A stretch of DNA of 64,000 nucleotides, from positions 18,600,001-18,664,000 of the forward strand of contig NC_043010.1 of the NCBI RefSeq assembly GCF_006345805.1, given 5' to 3'. The notes under the pieces were generated by a model that was not told where the DNA came from, did no database searches, and saw only the letters and a list, made by a program, of their open reading frames with translations. Position 1 is the stretch's first letter. Every line of letters starts with the position of its first letter. Both the position numbers and the translations under genes were made by a program. This DNA comes from Octopus sinensis (Eukaryota). Shown piece by piece: positions 52,286 through 64,000 of this stretch.

Positions 52286-52697
52286 GGATCTTTTCGGTTT
52301 GAACGGCAGTTTTTTTCTAGCGATGTCATATGAAATTGTCACCCATAATTATGACCCTAGTATCGATCTATTGCATTTCAATCTGTTTTAGGGTTAGGGG
52401 TGGGGGAAGGGTATCTTTTTTTCTTCAGAAATGTAAATAAACCCAATCTGTTTCTTAAACGAGGGACATATTCATACGGCACAGAATGTTTTTTTACCTC
52501 AATGGACGTCATTGATTGGTTGAAATTGCAGAAATTGAAGAAAAAAAACAACAAATATCTTACAAACTATAGACTTTTCTCAATAAAGCCAAAATAAAAA
52601 GATGTTTTATAAACGCATTCTACCAGTATAAGAAGTTTAAAAGTGTTTAGTTACCTAGAAATTATGTTAAAAACTGCCGTTCAAACCGAAAAGATCC
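52286..52697. mobile_element. GGATC-TIR MITE
   Basis: TIRs intact; TSD caataccg (52278-52285, 52698-52705). Confidence 0.93.
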
Positions 52698-52924
52698 CAA
52701 TACCGTGCGTTATAAATGTTTATTAATCATGAAATAATAGTTATTTGCTAAATCACCAAATAAACATTTAAAGCTGATAAGACAAGGGTTACTGCTTCCA
52801 AAATTCATGGAATGTAATGGATAATGCGATTGATTTGACAGAAAACAGGATAAACGAATAAAATAAAGTCGAATATAACCGAATGACATAAATCACATTT
52901 CATTTGTACAGGCAAATACTCTTT

Positions 52925-52984
<60 letters not shown>

Positions 52985-53842
52985 TTCACTCTTTTACTTG
53001 TTTCAGTCATTTGACTGCGGCCATGCTGGAGCACCGCCTTTAGTCGAGCAAATCGACCCCAGGACTTATTCTTTGGAAGCCTAGTACTTATTCTGTCGGT
53101 CTCTTTTGCCGAACCGCTAAGTTACGGGGACGTAAACACACCAGCATCGGTTGTCAAGCGATGTTGGGGGGACAGACACAGACACACAAACATATATACG
53201 CACACATACATATATATATAAATACACATATACGACGGGCTTCTTTCAGTTTCCGAGGCTATAGTAGAAGACACTTGCCCAAGGTGCCACGCAGTGGGAC
53301 TGAACCCAGAACCATGTGGTTAGTAAGCAAGCTACTTACCACACAGCCACTCCTGCGCCTATGATAGTCTTGATATTTGCAATAAAGTGCAAATTTAAAG
53401 CAAAAATAATTTTAGAAACTAAGAATTAAAGTAACATAAACGGAACAAGGCATATGTCATTATCCGCTGTATTTTTCGTTGAGGAGACCCAACGATGTCG
53501 AAACACCAGGTGTCTTAAAGTCTCCTTAAATTAATTGAGTGTATTATGAAGACATTCCTCTGAAAAAAGGAACGTCGTTCTCCGATTAGCCTTTCCACCT
53601 TCGAATCTGCCGGAATGGATATGCATGTCATCGCTCATAAAAACAAAACAAAACAGAAAACGATAAAACAAAAATTAATAAGTATCGTAATATGTTTGTC
53701 CTAGCGAAAAGTGCGTGAGAGATGGGAGCTAAGCCTTTGCTATATTAATTGTTTGATACACACACATATTCTTTTCTTTTACTTGTATATATATATACAA
53801 ACATGAATATACATATACATACATACATACTTGCATACACAT

Positions 53843-53873
<31 letters not shown>

Positions 53874-53956
53874 TACATACATACATACATAAATACACAC
53901 ACACACACATACATACATACACACACACATACATACATACATAAATACACACACAC

Positions 53957-53987
<31 letters not shown>

Positions 53988-54404
53988 TACATACATACAT
54001 ACATACATACATACATACATACATACATACATACATGATTCGCCATGATAGATCGCTAGCCACTACACACATTTTTTATTTTCTCTCCTTGTTTCTTTCT
54101 GCGTTCCTTTCTGTGGAAGAGCGTAGGCTCGAAACGTTATTATTCACTTATTCACTTTCCGACGTTATACTAATACATCTGTTTGTTTTCTACACCATCT
54201 GTCTTCGTCTTTCTTTCTTTTTTATTTTGTTAATTCTCTACATACATACATATATATATATATATTTAATTCGAGGATATGTTAACCTCGTGAAGGGTTG
54301 GTTGCATCCAAGGAAATACTGGTTCAATACTTAGTATTTTGGGGGAATGAAATTCCCTTAAAACAACAGGTATATATTAAGCATATAGTTTATATCCAGT
54401 TAAA

Positions 54405-54755
54405 AGAAGAAAAGAAAATGGAGATAAGGAAGTTAACAATTATTTATTATTAACAAATTAATCGTTTTCGCTTCTTACAGCCGTTTCAATTCATACTCAA
54501 TAATTTAATTACAAATTTGTACATTAAATTTATGTGACATTAGTACAATTTCATCAGAGAAAAAAAAAATTTTGGATGTTATATGTGGACCTGTCAATTC
54601 ATTCCAGCAGACTAATGTCACATAAATGTAAATTTAATTTACAAATGTGTAATTCAATTATCGAGTATTAATTGAAACGGCTGTAAGAAGCAAAGATGAC
54701 CAATTTGTTAATAATAAATAATTATCAACTTCCTTATCTCCATTTTCTTTTCTTA
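54405..54755. mobile_element. Fold-back element (about 140-bp diverged arms) whose left arm holds a complete minus-strand hammerhead
   Basis: 54405-54545 vs 54610-54755 are reverse complements; HHR 54472-54561(-): TTCT-CTGATGA-AATT...AATT-GAAA-CGGCTG-TA|AGAA. Confidence 0.8.
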
Positions 54756-55102
54756 TCTTCTTAACGACAGCAGCAGTGGCAGTGATACTGATGGCAATAA
54801 CAGCAACAACAACAACAACTACCATGATGGTAACATCGTTGGCGAACACACATACACAGAGGAATACAGGAACTGTACCATATTTTTCGGGTCTTAGGAC
54901 AACGGCAGCACCATGGGGTGAGAGTGTGAGGCTGCTGAGGGAAGGCCACACTGCTGCTAAAAACTATGACACAAACATACACACACGCACACACACATGC
55001 GCACAAACACAGACTCAAATGCATGCGCATATAAGGATACACACCTTAGAAGAACATAATGGAGTAAGTGAAGCAAGAAGACACACGAAAACGAATAATA
55101 GT

Positions 55103-55144
55103 GTCGCTGAAGAGGTCACAGATGTGTGACGAAAGATTTCCGGC
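55103..55144 (+). ncRNA. Minimal type I hammerhead motif in a diverged solo Penelope 3' fragment (about 55050-55235)
   Basis: GTCG-CTGAAGAG-GTCAC agatgt GTGAC-GAAA-GATT-TC|CGGC; flanks resemble 48600-48765. Confidence 0.72.
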
Positions 55145-55264
55145 CAATGGACATGAGTTAGAATAAGAACAATAATAAACGTGTGAAGAACGAATATATA
55201 GTGCGTGTGTTTATTTGGCAAAAAAAGAGACAACAATATATATATGTATATATATATATATATA

Positions 55265-55520
55265 TCACCGTGATCACCGTGACCGACCAGACTATCAGAT
55301 GTTGCTACACATCGCTGATCACAATGCGCTTCGCATTGTTTTAGCCTTCAAATGACGCCACCCCGCTGGCTAAGCGGGCAGGCCAACAGAAGGAAGAGTG
55401 AGAGAAAGTTGTGGTGAAAGAGTACAGCAGGGACCGCCACCAACTCCTGTCGGAGCCTCGTGGAGCTTTAGGTGTTTTCGCTCAATAAACACTCTGGGAA
55501 TCGAAACCGCGATCCTATAA
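55265..55520 (-). mobile_element. Third SINE family (related copy at about 42525-42770)
   Basis: Shared gaccagac..tc.gatg.tg.tacac...cgcatt.gttttagc.ttcaaa.ga; B-box-like ggtttcgattccc on the minus strand. Confidence 0.6.
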
Positions 55521-55717
55521 TTGAAAATCAAGAAGGAGTATGGTTGGACATTTAATTTTTAATCACTACAATTGTTTCCACGCATATGTACTTCCAGGTG
55601 TGCCCAAACGCTAATTTGGAAGTACGTATTATATTGCTACTGGATAGCACAGGGTGAAATCTGAAGGTGGACGAGGCTTATACTCTACTCTACTCTGTTC
55701 TCAACAGAATATACTAT

Positions 55718-55773
<56 letters not shown>

Positions 55774-55780
55774 TGTGTGT

Positions 55781-56803
55781 AGGGTGTTAGGGCTAAATTT
55801 GACAGTTTGCATAAAAGGAAAAGAAAACGCAATATTCCATCCGAAAACAAAAGTTTTGTTTTTTTTAATTAAAAAAGTATCAGCTAGATTATGATTAGGA
55901 AATCACAGTTTACTCAAAGTAGCCACTCTCAGCTCCCATCACAACCTCTTGAGGGATCCCGAACCTGGCGCATGCGTTGCTCACTGTGTCTCTGGGAAGA
56001 TCTTCGAACACCTTGATCTTGGCCACCAGCTCGCCTTCGGTGTTGCTGGTGGTTTCTTTCTCAACCGTGCCTCACACACAGTGATGCATGGCATTACAAT
56101 CGATGGAATTAGGAGGCTAGAAATTGGGAATGGTGAAGTCGTAGAAATTCTTCGACAACCGCTTATCGCTCTTTCTGGAGGCAACGAACGAAATTCTGCT
56201 GCCATACATATGACCTTCGAGCCTAAATCTTGTTCAAGGATGTGTGGAGCGGTATGACGTGACTTTCATAGAGACACACCCAGAGGCCATCACAGTTTGG
56301 GTGAATTTGGTTTTTATGACATCCATATCATGTCTTACATCTTTTCCAGTGTTCACAGAGCATTGAGTAATAATCATGATGTCGACATTTTCATACCCGG
56401 CGCGAACCATCGTGATACAGATAACTCTTTTCCAATATTCAGGCAGCTTAGGGCGGCGAGCTGGCAGGACGGTTAGCACGCCGGGCGAAATGCTTAGCGG
56501 TATTTCGCCTGCCGTTACGTTCTGAGTTCAAATTCCCCCGAGGTCGACTTTGCCTTTCGTTCTTTGGAGGTTGATAAATTAAGTACTAGTTGTGTACTGG
56601 GGTTGATCTAATCGACTGGCCTCCTCCCCCAAAATTTCTGGCCTTGTGCCCAGAGTAGAAAAGAATATTCAGGCAGCTTTCAGTCTTCCATGTCAGCTAA
56701 CTTTTTCTCAATTACAACTTCAATCTTCATGCTCTCCAACGCCGTTGACTATTCACCTGGAAAATAAGGAGATATAAAAGTTAAATTTAACCCGAAGACC
56801 ATA
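55781..56803 (-). mobile_element. Decayed Tc1/mariner-superfamily transposon interrupted by a SINE
   Basis: Minus strand F*PPNSIDCNAMHHCV*GTVEKET...NACARF...AESGYFE*, KTKFTQTVMASGCVS; degenerate TIRs agggtgttagggctaaattt / aaatttaacccgaagaccat; SINE B at 56450-56663 with 16-bp TSD aatattcaggcagctt. Confidence 0.85.
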
Positions 56804-56859
56804 TATATATATTGTGTGTATATATACAAAACAAAACAGGAAGTTGGAAATTTTATTTG

Positions 56860-57252
56860 GGATCTTTTCGGTTTGAACGGCAGTTTTTAACATAATTTCT
56901 AGGTAACTAAAAAATTTTAAACTTCGTATACTGGTAGAATGTGTTTATAAAACATCTTTTTTTCTTGGCTTTATTGAGAAGATTCTATAGTTTGTAAGAT
57001 ATTTGTTGTTTTTTTTTCTTCAATTTCTGCAATTTCAACCAATCAATGACGTCCATTGAGGTAAACAACATTCTGTGCCGTATGAATATGTCCCTCGTTC
57101 AAGAAACAGATTGGGTTTATTTACATTTGCGAAGAAAAAAAGATACCCTAAAACAGATTGAAATGCAATAGATCGATACTAGGGTCATAATTATGGGTGA
57201 CAACTTCATATGACACCGCTAGAAAAAACTGCCGTTCAAACCGAAAAGATCC
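56860..57252. mobile_element. GGATC-TIR MITE lacking the telomere-like block
   Basis: TIRs intact; TSD tttatttg (56852-56859, 57253-57260). Confidence 0.92.
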
Positions 57253-57764
57253 TTTATTTGTTATTATCTCTTCACCATTACATATGTTTCATTTTCTAAT
57301 AGGAATCACAAAGTTGTACATTTTGGATAAACATGTAAGATATCTCCCTCCTATTAAAAATTCTTCAGACAAAGAACCAAATATTACAAAAATTTGCGTT
57401 TCGCTGAAGCGTTTGTATCTAGTTATTAATCAGGGGTCGTATAGACAGATGGAAGAGAGATTAGTAAGAAAAACAAATCTAGTTGTAAGGAAAAAGAGAA
57501 GAGAGAGAGTTGGATGTTTGTGAGTTTAACTTAGAAAACTAGAGGACGGCTCTAACGTAAACGATATTTCATGGTTGAGTGATTTTGTGACACTTACAAA
57601 GTATCGATTTTATTTTAATGGGAACAAATATTTGGAGTACTTGTTTTTGCGCGCATGCGTTGTGTGCGTGTGTGTGTATTTGTGTGTGTACTTGTGTGTG
57701 TGTGTGTTTGTGTGTGTTTGTGTGTGTGTGTTTGTGTGTGTATTTGTGTGTGCATGTGTGTGTG

Positions 57765-57797
<33 letters not shown>

Positions 57798-57950
57798 TTG
57801 TGTGTGTGTGCGCGCGTGTGTTTGTGTGTGTGTGTGCATATAGCATCTTGAATTGACATTCCTGTTGATGTGTGTATTATGAGATTGCCTGTCATTCATT
57901 GCAGATCATGTGTTGCTTGAATTGTAGACTTTTCAGGTACGTACGTATGG

Positions 57951-58015
<65 letters not shown>

Positions 58016-61000
58016 GAGGGGAGCTGTCATAGTATATGTCTTATCCTGTTTGGAGTTCACACTCTTTTGTGTGTGTGCTTTCAAAATACTTTTATTCTGG
58101 TGTTTTTTTGGGTTTTTTTGCAATGTGAAACTGTGTCATTTGTCTTGTGTAGAGCGAGCGTCTCTTGTGTGATCGAGCTGGCAGAAACGTTAGCACGCCG
58201 GGCGAAATGCGTAGCCGAATTTCGTCTACCGTTACGTTTTGAGTTCAAGTTCCGCCGAGGTCGACTTTACCTTTCATCCTTTCGGGGTCGATAAATTAAG
58301 TACCAGTTACGCACTGGGGGGGGGGGGTGATGTAATCGACTTAATTCGTTTGTCTTTCCTTGTTTGTCCCCTCTATGTTTAGCCCCTTGTGGGTAATAAA
58401 GAAACATGATATTTTTCTGCGATGCATACAAAGCAGATACATTTCAGAACAATTTGTATATGATGATCCGCAGTTTATTATTTTCACATTTTATATTTGC
58501 TGTTACGTTGTTTCCTTTCGCCTCCTTATCTTCTGGATAGGTTCAGAAATATACGCACTCACGCACGTGTGTCTTTGAAGGTCCCTCTAGTGACGCTACT
58601 TTTTGGTTTGTCCAATTTGTGATACCGTTGCTTTATAGACCAAGCTTGCTTGTAAATAGCTCCCATGTAATGGACATGTCCCTGTTCTGGTAAAGTTGTA
58701 TAAGGTTTCGACTGTGTGTCGCGTGCGCTTTGATATGTTGTTGCTAAGTTAATATATAGTGTGTTTTATATTTTGTGCAGCTGTAGCTAATTTCAATGCT
58801 GTTTCTGTTGAATAGTCTGTTCAGAAATGTTTGCTATCTAGTGTAAAAGAAGGGTGTATTACATTTGTTGCCATATTAAGGCTGAAAATTAGGTTGAATC
58901 AGACGACTTTTTTTTCTTTTTCTGAAATTTATTTATTGTTTATTTATGGTGTCTTGTGTAAGCATTGCAATTTCTCATTAAAACTACTCGCTTTTAGGGC
59001 TTCGTTGTGGAACGGTGCTTCTTGGGAAATCATTTCTTTGTTAGACGAAATTTTTTATATTGCCACTATAGTGGGTGGTTTCAGTTTATGATTATATAGA
59101 TAATGGTATTTCGTTGGGTATAATGGTATATTTCTGTGGAGTTAATCTTTCCTAGTATTCAGGTTAATGTTACCTTGAAGTATCTTACTACGGGTAGGTT
59201 AGTTTCTAATGTTATGTTTGCTCGAATACTTTAAAGAACTTTATGAGACCTTTCCAACATTTGTCTTGTTCAAGTCCATCCATATTTTGGGGTGTCCCAA
59301 AATATGCAAGTCCGTCCATTTTTAGGGATGTCCCAAGATATGGACGGACAAGGACAAATGCAACTTCACTAGAATAGAGACATGTCCATTTCCGAATTGC
59401 CGATCAATTTCCCGACGGTATGTCTATCACGGTCTCTCTTGACACGAAGGCTCGACCTCCTTTCCGGTCGTCCATGGAGTAAAATAAGGCTGTAAAATCG
59501 CTTTAACGCTATTTGAATTATCTCTGGGCGCTGTGCTTTAAAACACGTCACTTGAGATCGCAGATGGTGTGTATAACCACACAAGAGAATATAGTTAATT
59601 GCTGAACTTCTCTAGTTTAAGACCCACCAGGAAGTGCTGAGATACGTGTGTTCGCGAACACCTTTCGGCTGATGACTCAGCAGCTCGTTTAACTGAAAAT
59701 ATCCTGAAAAGTAACGAGTAAATTGATATGGTGGTAGCATTAAATTTACAAAAATGCAATTATAAATAATATTGGCTTCAAATTCTTAGCACAAGACCAG
59801 CAATTTCGAGGGAGGGGTAAGTCGGTTACATCGACCCTAGTATATCACTGGTATTTAATTTATCGACTCAGAAATGATGAAAGGCAAAGTTGACCTTCGG
59901 CAGAATTTGAACTCAGAATGTGAAGACGGATGATATGCTGCTAAGCATTTTACCCGGCGTGCTAACGATTCTACCAGCTAGCCGCCTGTAATTATAAATA
60001 ATCTAGTATATATAAATCATAATATGTGTGTGTATATTGACTAATGCATACATTTCCACAATTCTCAACCGATTTTCACCAAACTTTACACACATTACTT
60101 ATGTCCCAAGGATGGTCATGCACTATAACATTTTGTCCAAAGCTCCCGCATAAATGGACAAACCGGGAAATACGGTGGTTTACACGGGATTTTCTCTAAT
60201 TTGTTGTATGTACATAGTTTTTTGTATGTAGGGTCTTCCATACTTTTTAATCTATACGGTCGTATATTGGGCATTAGAGAATATTTTCGGGTGGGTTTCA
60301 CATTTTTGGATTTATTATTTATTTATATGTCGTAATTGTGTATTATTTCTTGGTTAGAGACTATCATAAAAGTGGAAGGATTTTGTCTATTTATTTCGAC
60401 TGTCCACCTGTGGCGGTGATTAAATTGACTAGGAACACTGTACACGATGAATATCCAATACCAAACAATCTTAATCTTCATATTTAAACTAGTTTAAACT
60501 TTGGCAAGCTTACCTTTACCTGTTCTGAGTTACTTGAGAGGTGACGTTCCCTTCTCTCTCTTCTATTTGTTGATACTTACCAACGCATTGCTACACTTTA
60601 AGGATGCTTATTTACCCATCAATTATATTTCGAACGCGACATCTTTTCACTGTGAACTACTAATGATTCAAAGCAGTATTCCTGAACTAAAGTCAAACTC
60701 TTCATGTCTTCATTTTTCGTTATCTGAAGTCAATTTCAGTGGTCATGAACTGTGAGCATGTAGTAAATACATTCCTTTAACTCTACTTTTTCAAGTAGGT
60801 GTTATATTGCCATTTTTGAACGTACCAATCATACTACTCTCCGAAAAAATAACTCCCTTTACTGTTCAATAAACATAAACTTGCAGAGGGGAAGTTTCAA
60901 TGTCTTCCTTCAATTTTCCTACACCATTTATGTGGCTGTTTCTGACAAGAAATTTCGCTTTCATGTAAAACTTTTATATTTTGTAGTCATTATCCGTAAT

Positions 61001-61349
61001 CTACTCCCAAAACACTTCAATAGCTCTACTTTGCATCGCTTGCAAACTTATATGTTCTATGATCATTAAAGTGCAACGACCTCCACAAAAACCAGCCTTC
61101 AATTTAATTTATCGTTCTTATGTTAATCAGAAACATAGATTGCCGTTCTACTCATAAACCTTCTAGGTAGTTCAATTATTGGTGAAAAAAATTCCGCCAA
61201 AGCAACTTAAACCGTCCAAAGGATGGGTACGTTTGCTAGTGTAGCAATATCGTCTCTCATTGCTATCTTCACTGTTTGAGAAGAGTATTAAGAATGACCT
61301 CGGTCGAGATTACAAACAGCTTTGGCTAGTTTAACATTGTTGTAAACAC

Positions 61350-61460
61350 TAATTCGATTGGCTGACACGTTGGTCTCTACTACGCTCGCACCGCTGGTTA
61401 TAACTTGGCGCAAAATGTCTCGACTTATTTTCGCGCCATAGTCCAAGCAGCCAATCACAG
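61350..61460. promoter_or_regulatory. Candidate Pol II promoter: two CCAAT boxes and two E2F-like sites in locally CpG-rich unique DNA
   Basis: gattggctg (61356), ttggcgcaaaa (61405), ttttcgcgcc (61428), cagccaatca (61448). Confidence 0.45.
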
Positions 61461-64000
61461 CTTTCCATTTCTGAAGTTCACTGGGAGCCTGGTGAAGCTT
61501 ATAAAACAAGGTTTCTCAGAAAAAATATTCGTCTTAGGTTTCCAGTCCTTCTCAGGGCGAACCTCTGACCACACAGAGCTCGTCGTAGGCTTTTAGTTCT
61601 TTTAAGAGCTAAGTCTCTGACCACACAGAGAATACTCGACCAAGTTCCAGTTTCGAGGCAAGCGACCACCATTAATACAAGATGTTACAGATACCTCTCA
61701 TACTGTCAGTGTGAAAAATCACCATGAAGAAAACGGTTACAAGATATCTATAACTAGAGAAACATAACCAAGCAGAACATATAATGAAAAAGCAGCAAGA
61801 ACTAATCGACAAACATCGAAGATTTAAATTGTACACGAGACAACTACAGATTCAACTATAGCGGTTAGGTGAAATTCTCGCCACGAAGAAAACGGCTACA
61901 GAAACATGTCTGGAAGTATATTCATATCAAGAGAAAGATAAACACAACGAGTGATTCAATTAATCTCAACTGCGACATGCAATATCTTGATATGGGACTC
62001 TTACAGTGTACCTCATAAACGGTAAATCAATTATCTGTTCTTGGGTTCTAGTTTCTTCTAAGAACTACCTTAAGCCATCTGTTATTACCTGTTGCCAAGC
62101 CGATACCAACAACATTAACTGTGAATCAAATCCCATCGACAATTCACTGGTCAGTACCTTTTTACGCCTAACGAACACACAGACACAAAAACATGCGAAC
62201 ACTTACAAACTTCCAACATCAAGCATGATTGTAAAATATGTAAAATAAATAATGTATATATCTTAAAAAGAAATCTTGTTGTCATTCCAAACTTATGTGT
62301 ATTGCCGCTGCATGTAAAATATAGTCAGTAAAATATATTATTAAGAATAGGATCGCGTTACTATTTTTATACTAGTATTAAAATAAAAAAAATAAGAATA
62401 TGGATTTATATTCTAATGAGTTACTTATATGCTTATATATAATTAAAGAAATATAATACTATAGAGTCAACCAAAATGGTTGTAGGAGGATTTAATGTAA
62501 AATTCAGACTCTTCCTAGAAATCCGCATACAAGGGTTCTTAAAAGCCGAAAGCGATCTTAAAGCTGCACCTCATTCCACACATATTGCAGATCGTTCAGC
62601 AATTGTCGTTAGTTGTTAAAAGACTAAAAGCCACACATGCACTTCACAAGGTCACCAGTAAAGAAATTAGATTTTTAAGCAACATTTGAAAGCAGACAAT
62701 CAATTGGTAACATGAAAAATACATCGTATGCTTTAATACAAGTTTTGTTTTGTAATGAGCCGTAGTTCGACTATTATTTAAAAGTTACGTAACAAGATTT
62801 CAACGATACATGACAGAAACACTAACCTAAGACTAATAATATTGTTTTTCTGTCAGAATGTGAAAGGTGTTGTTTTAACATTTAAATATATTTTAGTATA
62901 ACAAAGAGTTGGGGTTCGGGGTTTCAAGGTGGAAGGGTTATGAATTAATACATTAGTAATTTAATTACAGCTTTCAAACTAACACTAATTTGGAAGTTAT
63001 TTGCTCCTGTATGGCTTAAGAAGTAATTTTTAGATGGCTATATAATCTGTTTTCGGTGTCACGGCGGCCAGATTAGTCCGCTCTGGTAAGAAACTTAAAA
63101 TTTGAAATTGCACTCTAAGCTGATTATTATAATGTTTCGGACGGTGACCTCTTACCTTCAGAGATAAAGGGGTTTTTTTTCAGTAAAAAGTACCCGTTTA
63201 GTACTGGGGGGTCGATACAATTGATTACATCTTCCCTCTACTGTAGCTTTGTGTCCTTGTTGGAAATTAATATTTACTACATTTTAACTGGTTTGATCTC
63301 AGTGAGACACTGTTTTCGTGGATGTCTAGATCTGTAGGTCGGTGACTGGGCGGGAAGAAATCCTAGGTTACAGTTCCAAGAGTTAAATGATTGAACAAAG
63401 TGTGTGTGTGTGTGTGTGGATGGGAGGGTGATTAGACACAATAACGGTAACGAGTAGGCGTTAGTGGGAAAGATATACAAATAACTAGTTCAGTTGGAGA
63501 AAAAGGCCATTGTAGTAAAACGGTAGAAAGGATAGAGACATCATTACCGAAGGAATCAATGTGTAGCGGATTCGAAACCGAATCACTTGGTAGCCGAATA
63601 AACATCACAACCAAGGTACATCAGTTTCACGCGATCGGCCAATTAAGCGACCAATTAGCGCCTAGCGATCCTGTGATTCAACTGTTTAGAATCTTGTCAC
63701 TGAACCCAATGTAAAGATGATTTTTAGCGATAACCCCAGCCGCTCGACTTCTCCATTCTCTTCACTACCATCCGATGGCAGATAGAAGGCAAAGACTTAG
63801 TCGCTATGAATATAGTGCGATCGATTTCCTGTTGTGATAAGCCAGCCACACATTGCTATATCAGTGAATTGTCATTGATCCCAGTAGTATGTCTCTCCCG
63901 GTGTGTAATTGTCGCTGTTAGTTTTTGTCAAAAAGACCAACACAGAAAACCCTATGTGCTGTAAGTAAGTCTTCTGTTAAATGTTCACGAGTGTTGTTAA

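Noticed and set aside
59369-59584. Minus-strand ORF in CpG-rich unique sequence
   Set aside because: No recognisable protein and no convincing exon with both splice sites and an open frame.

Overview
AT-rich, microsatellite-dense animal genomic DNA; the SINE/LINE/MITE content strongly suggests an octopus (cephalopod). Most ORFs in the supplied track are microsatellite artefacts. One host gene can be built by hand: the last 15 coding exons of a DNAAF9 (C20orf194/Shulin) orthologue on the + strand (381-22013). Its splice phases are consistent throughout and its final intron is U12-type. The rest is repeats: tRNA-derived SINEs, CR1/L2, RTE and R4/Dong-like LINE fragments, Tc1/mariner remnants, Helitron-like elements, piggyBac and hAT MITEs, a TTAGGG-containing MITE with 8-bp TSDs, and a 5'-truncated Penelope-like element (RT + GIY-YIG). 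The most striking unexplained signal is a set of type I hammerhead-ribozyme (HHR) motifs in at least six unrelated short non-coding repeat families, nearly all in inverted or tandem Penelope-style arrangements. These include a tRNA-headed (Pol III) SINE carrying a hammerhead and a 586-nt tandem monomer bounded by two hammerheads (retrozyme/circRNA-like). All calls were made by eye; no database searches or folding programs were run.
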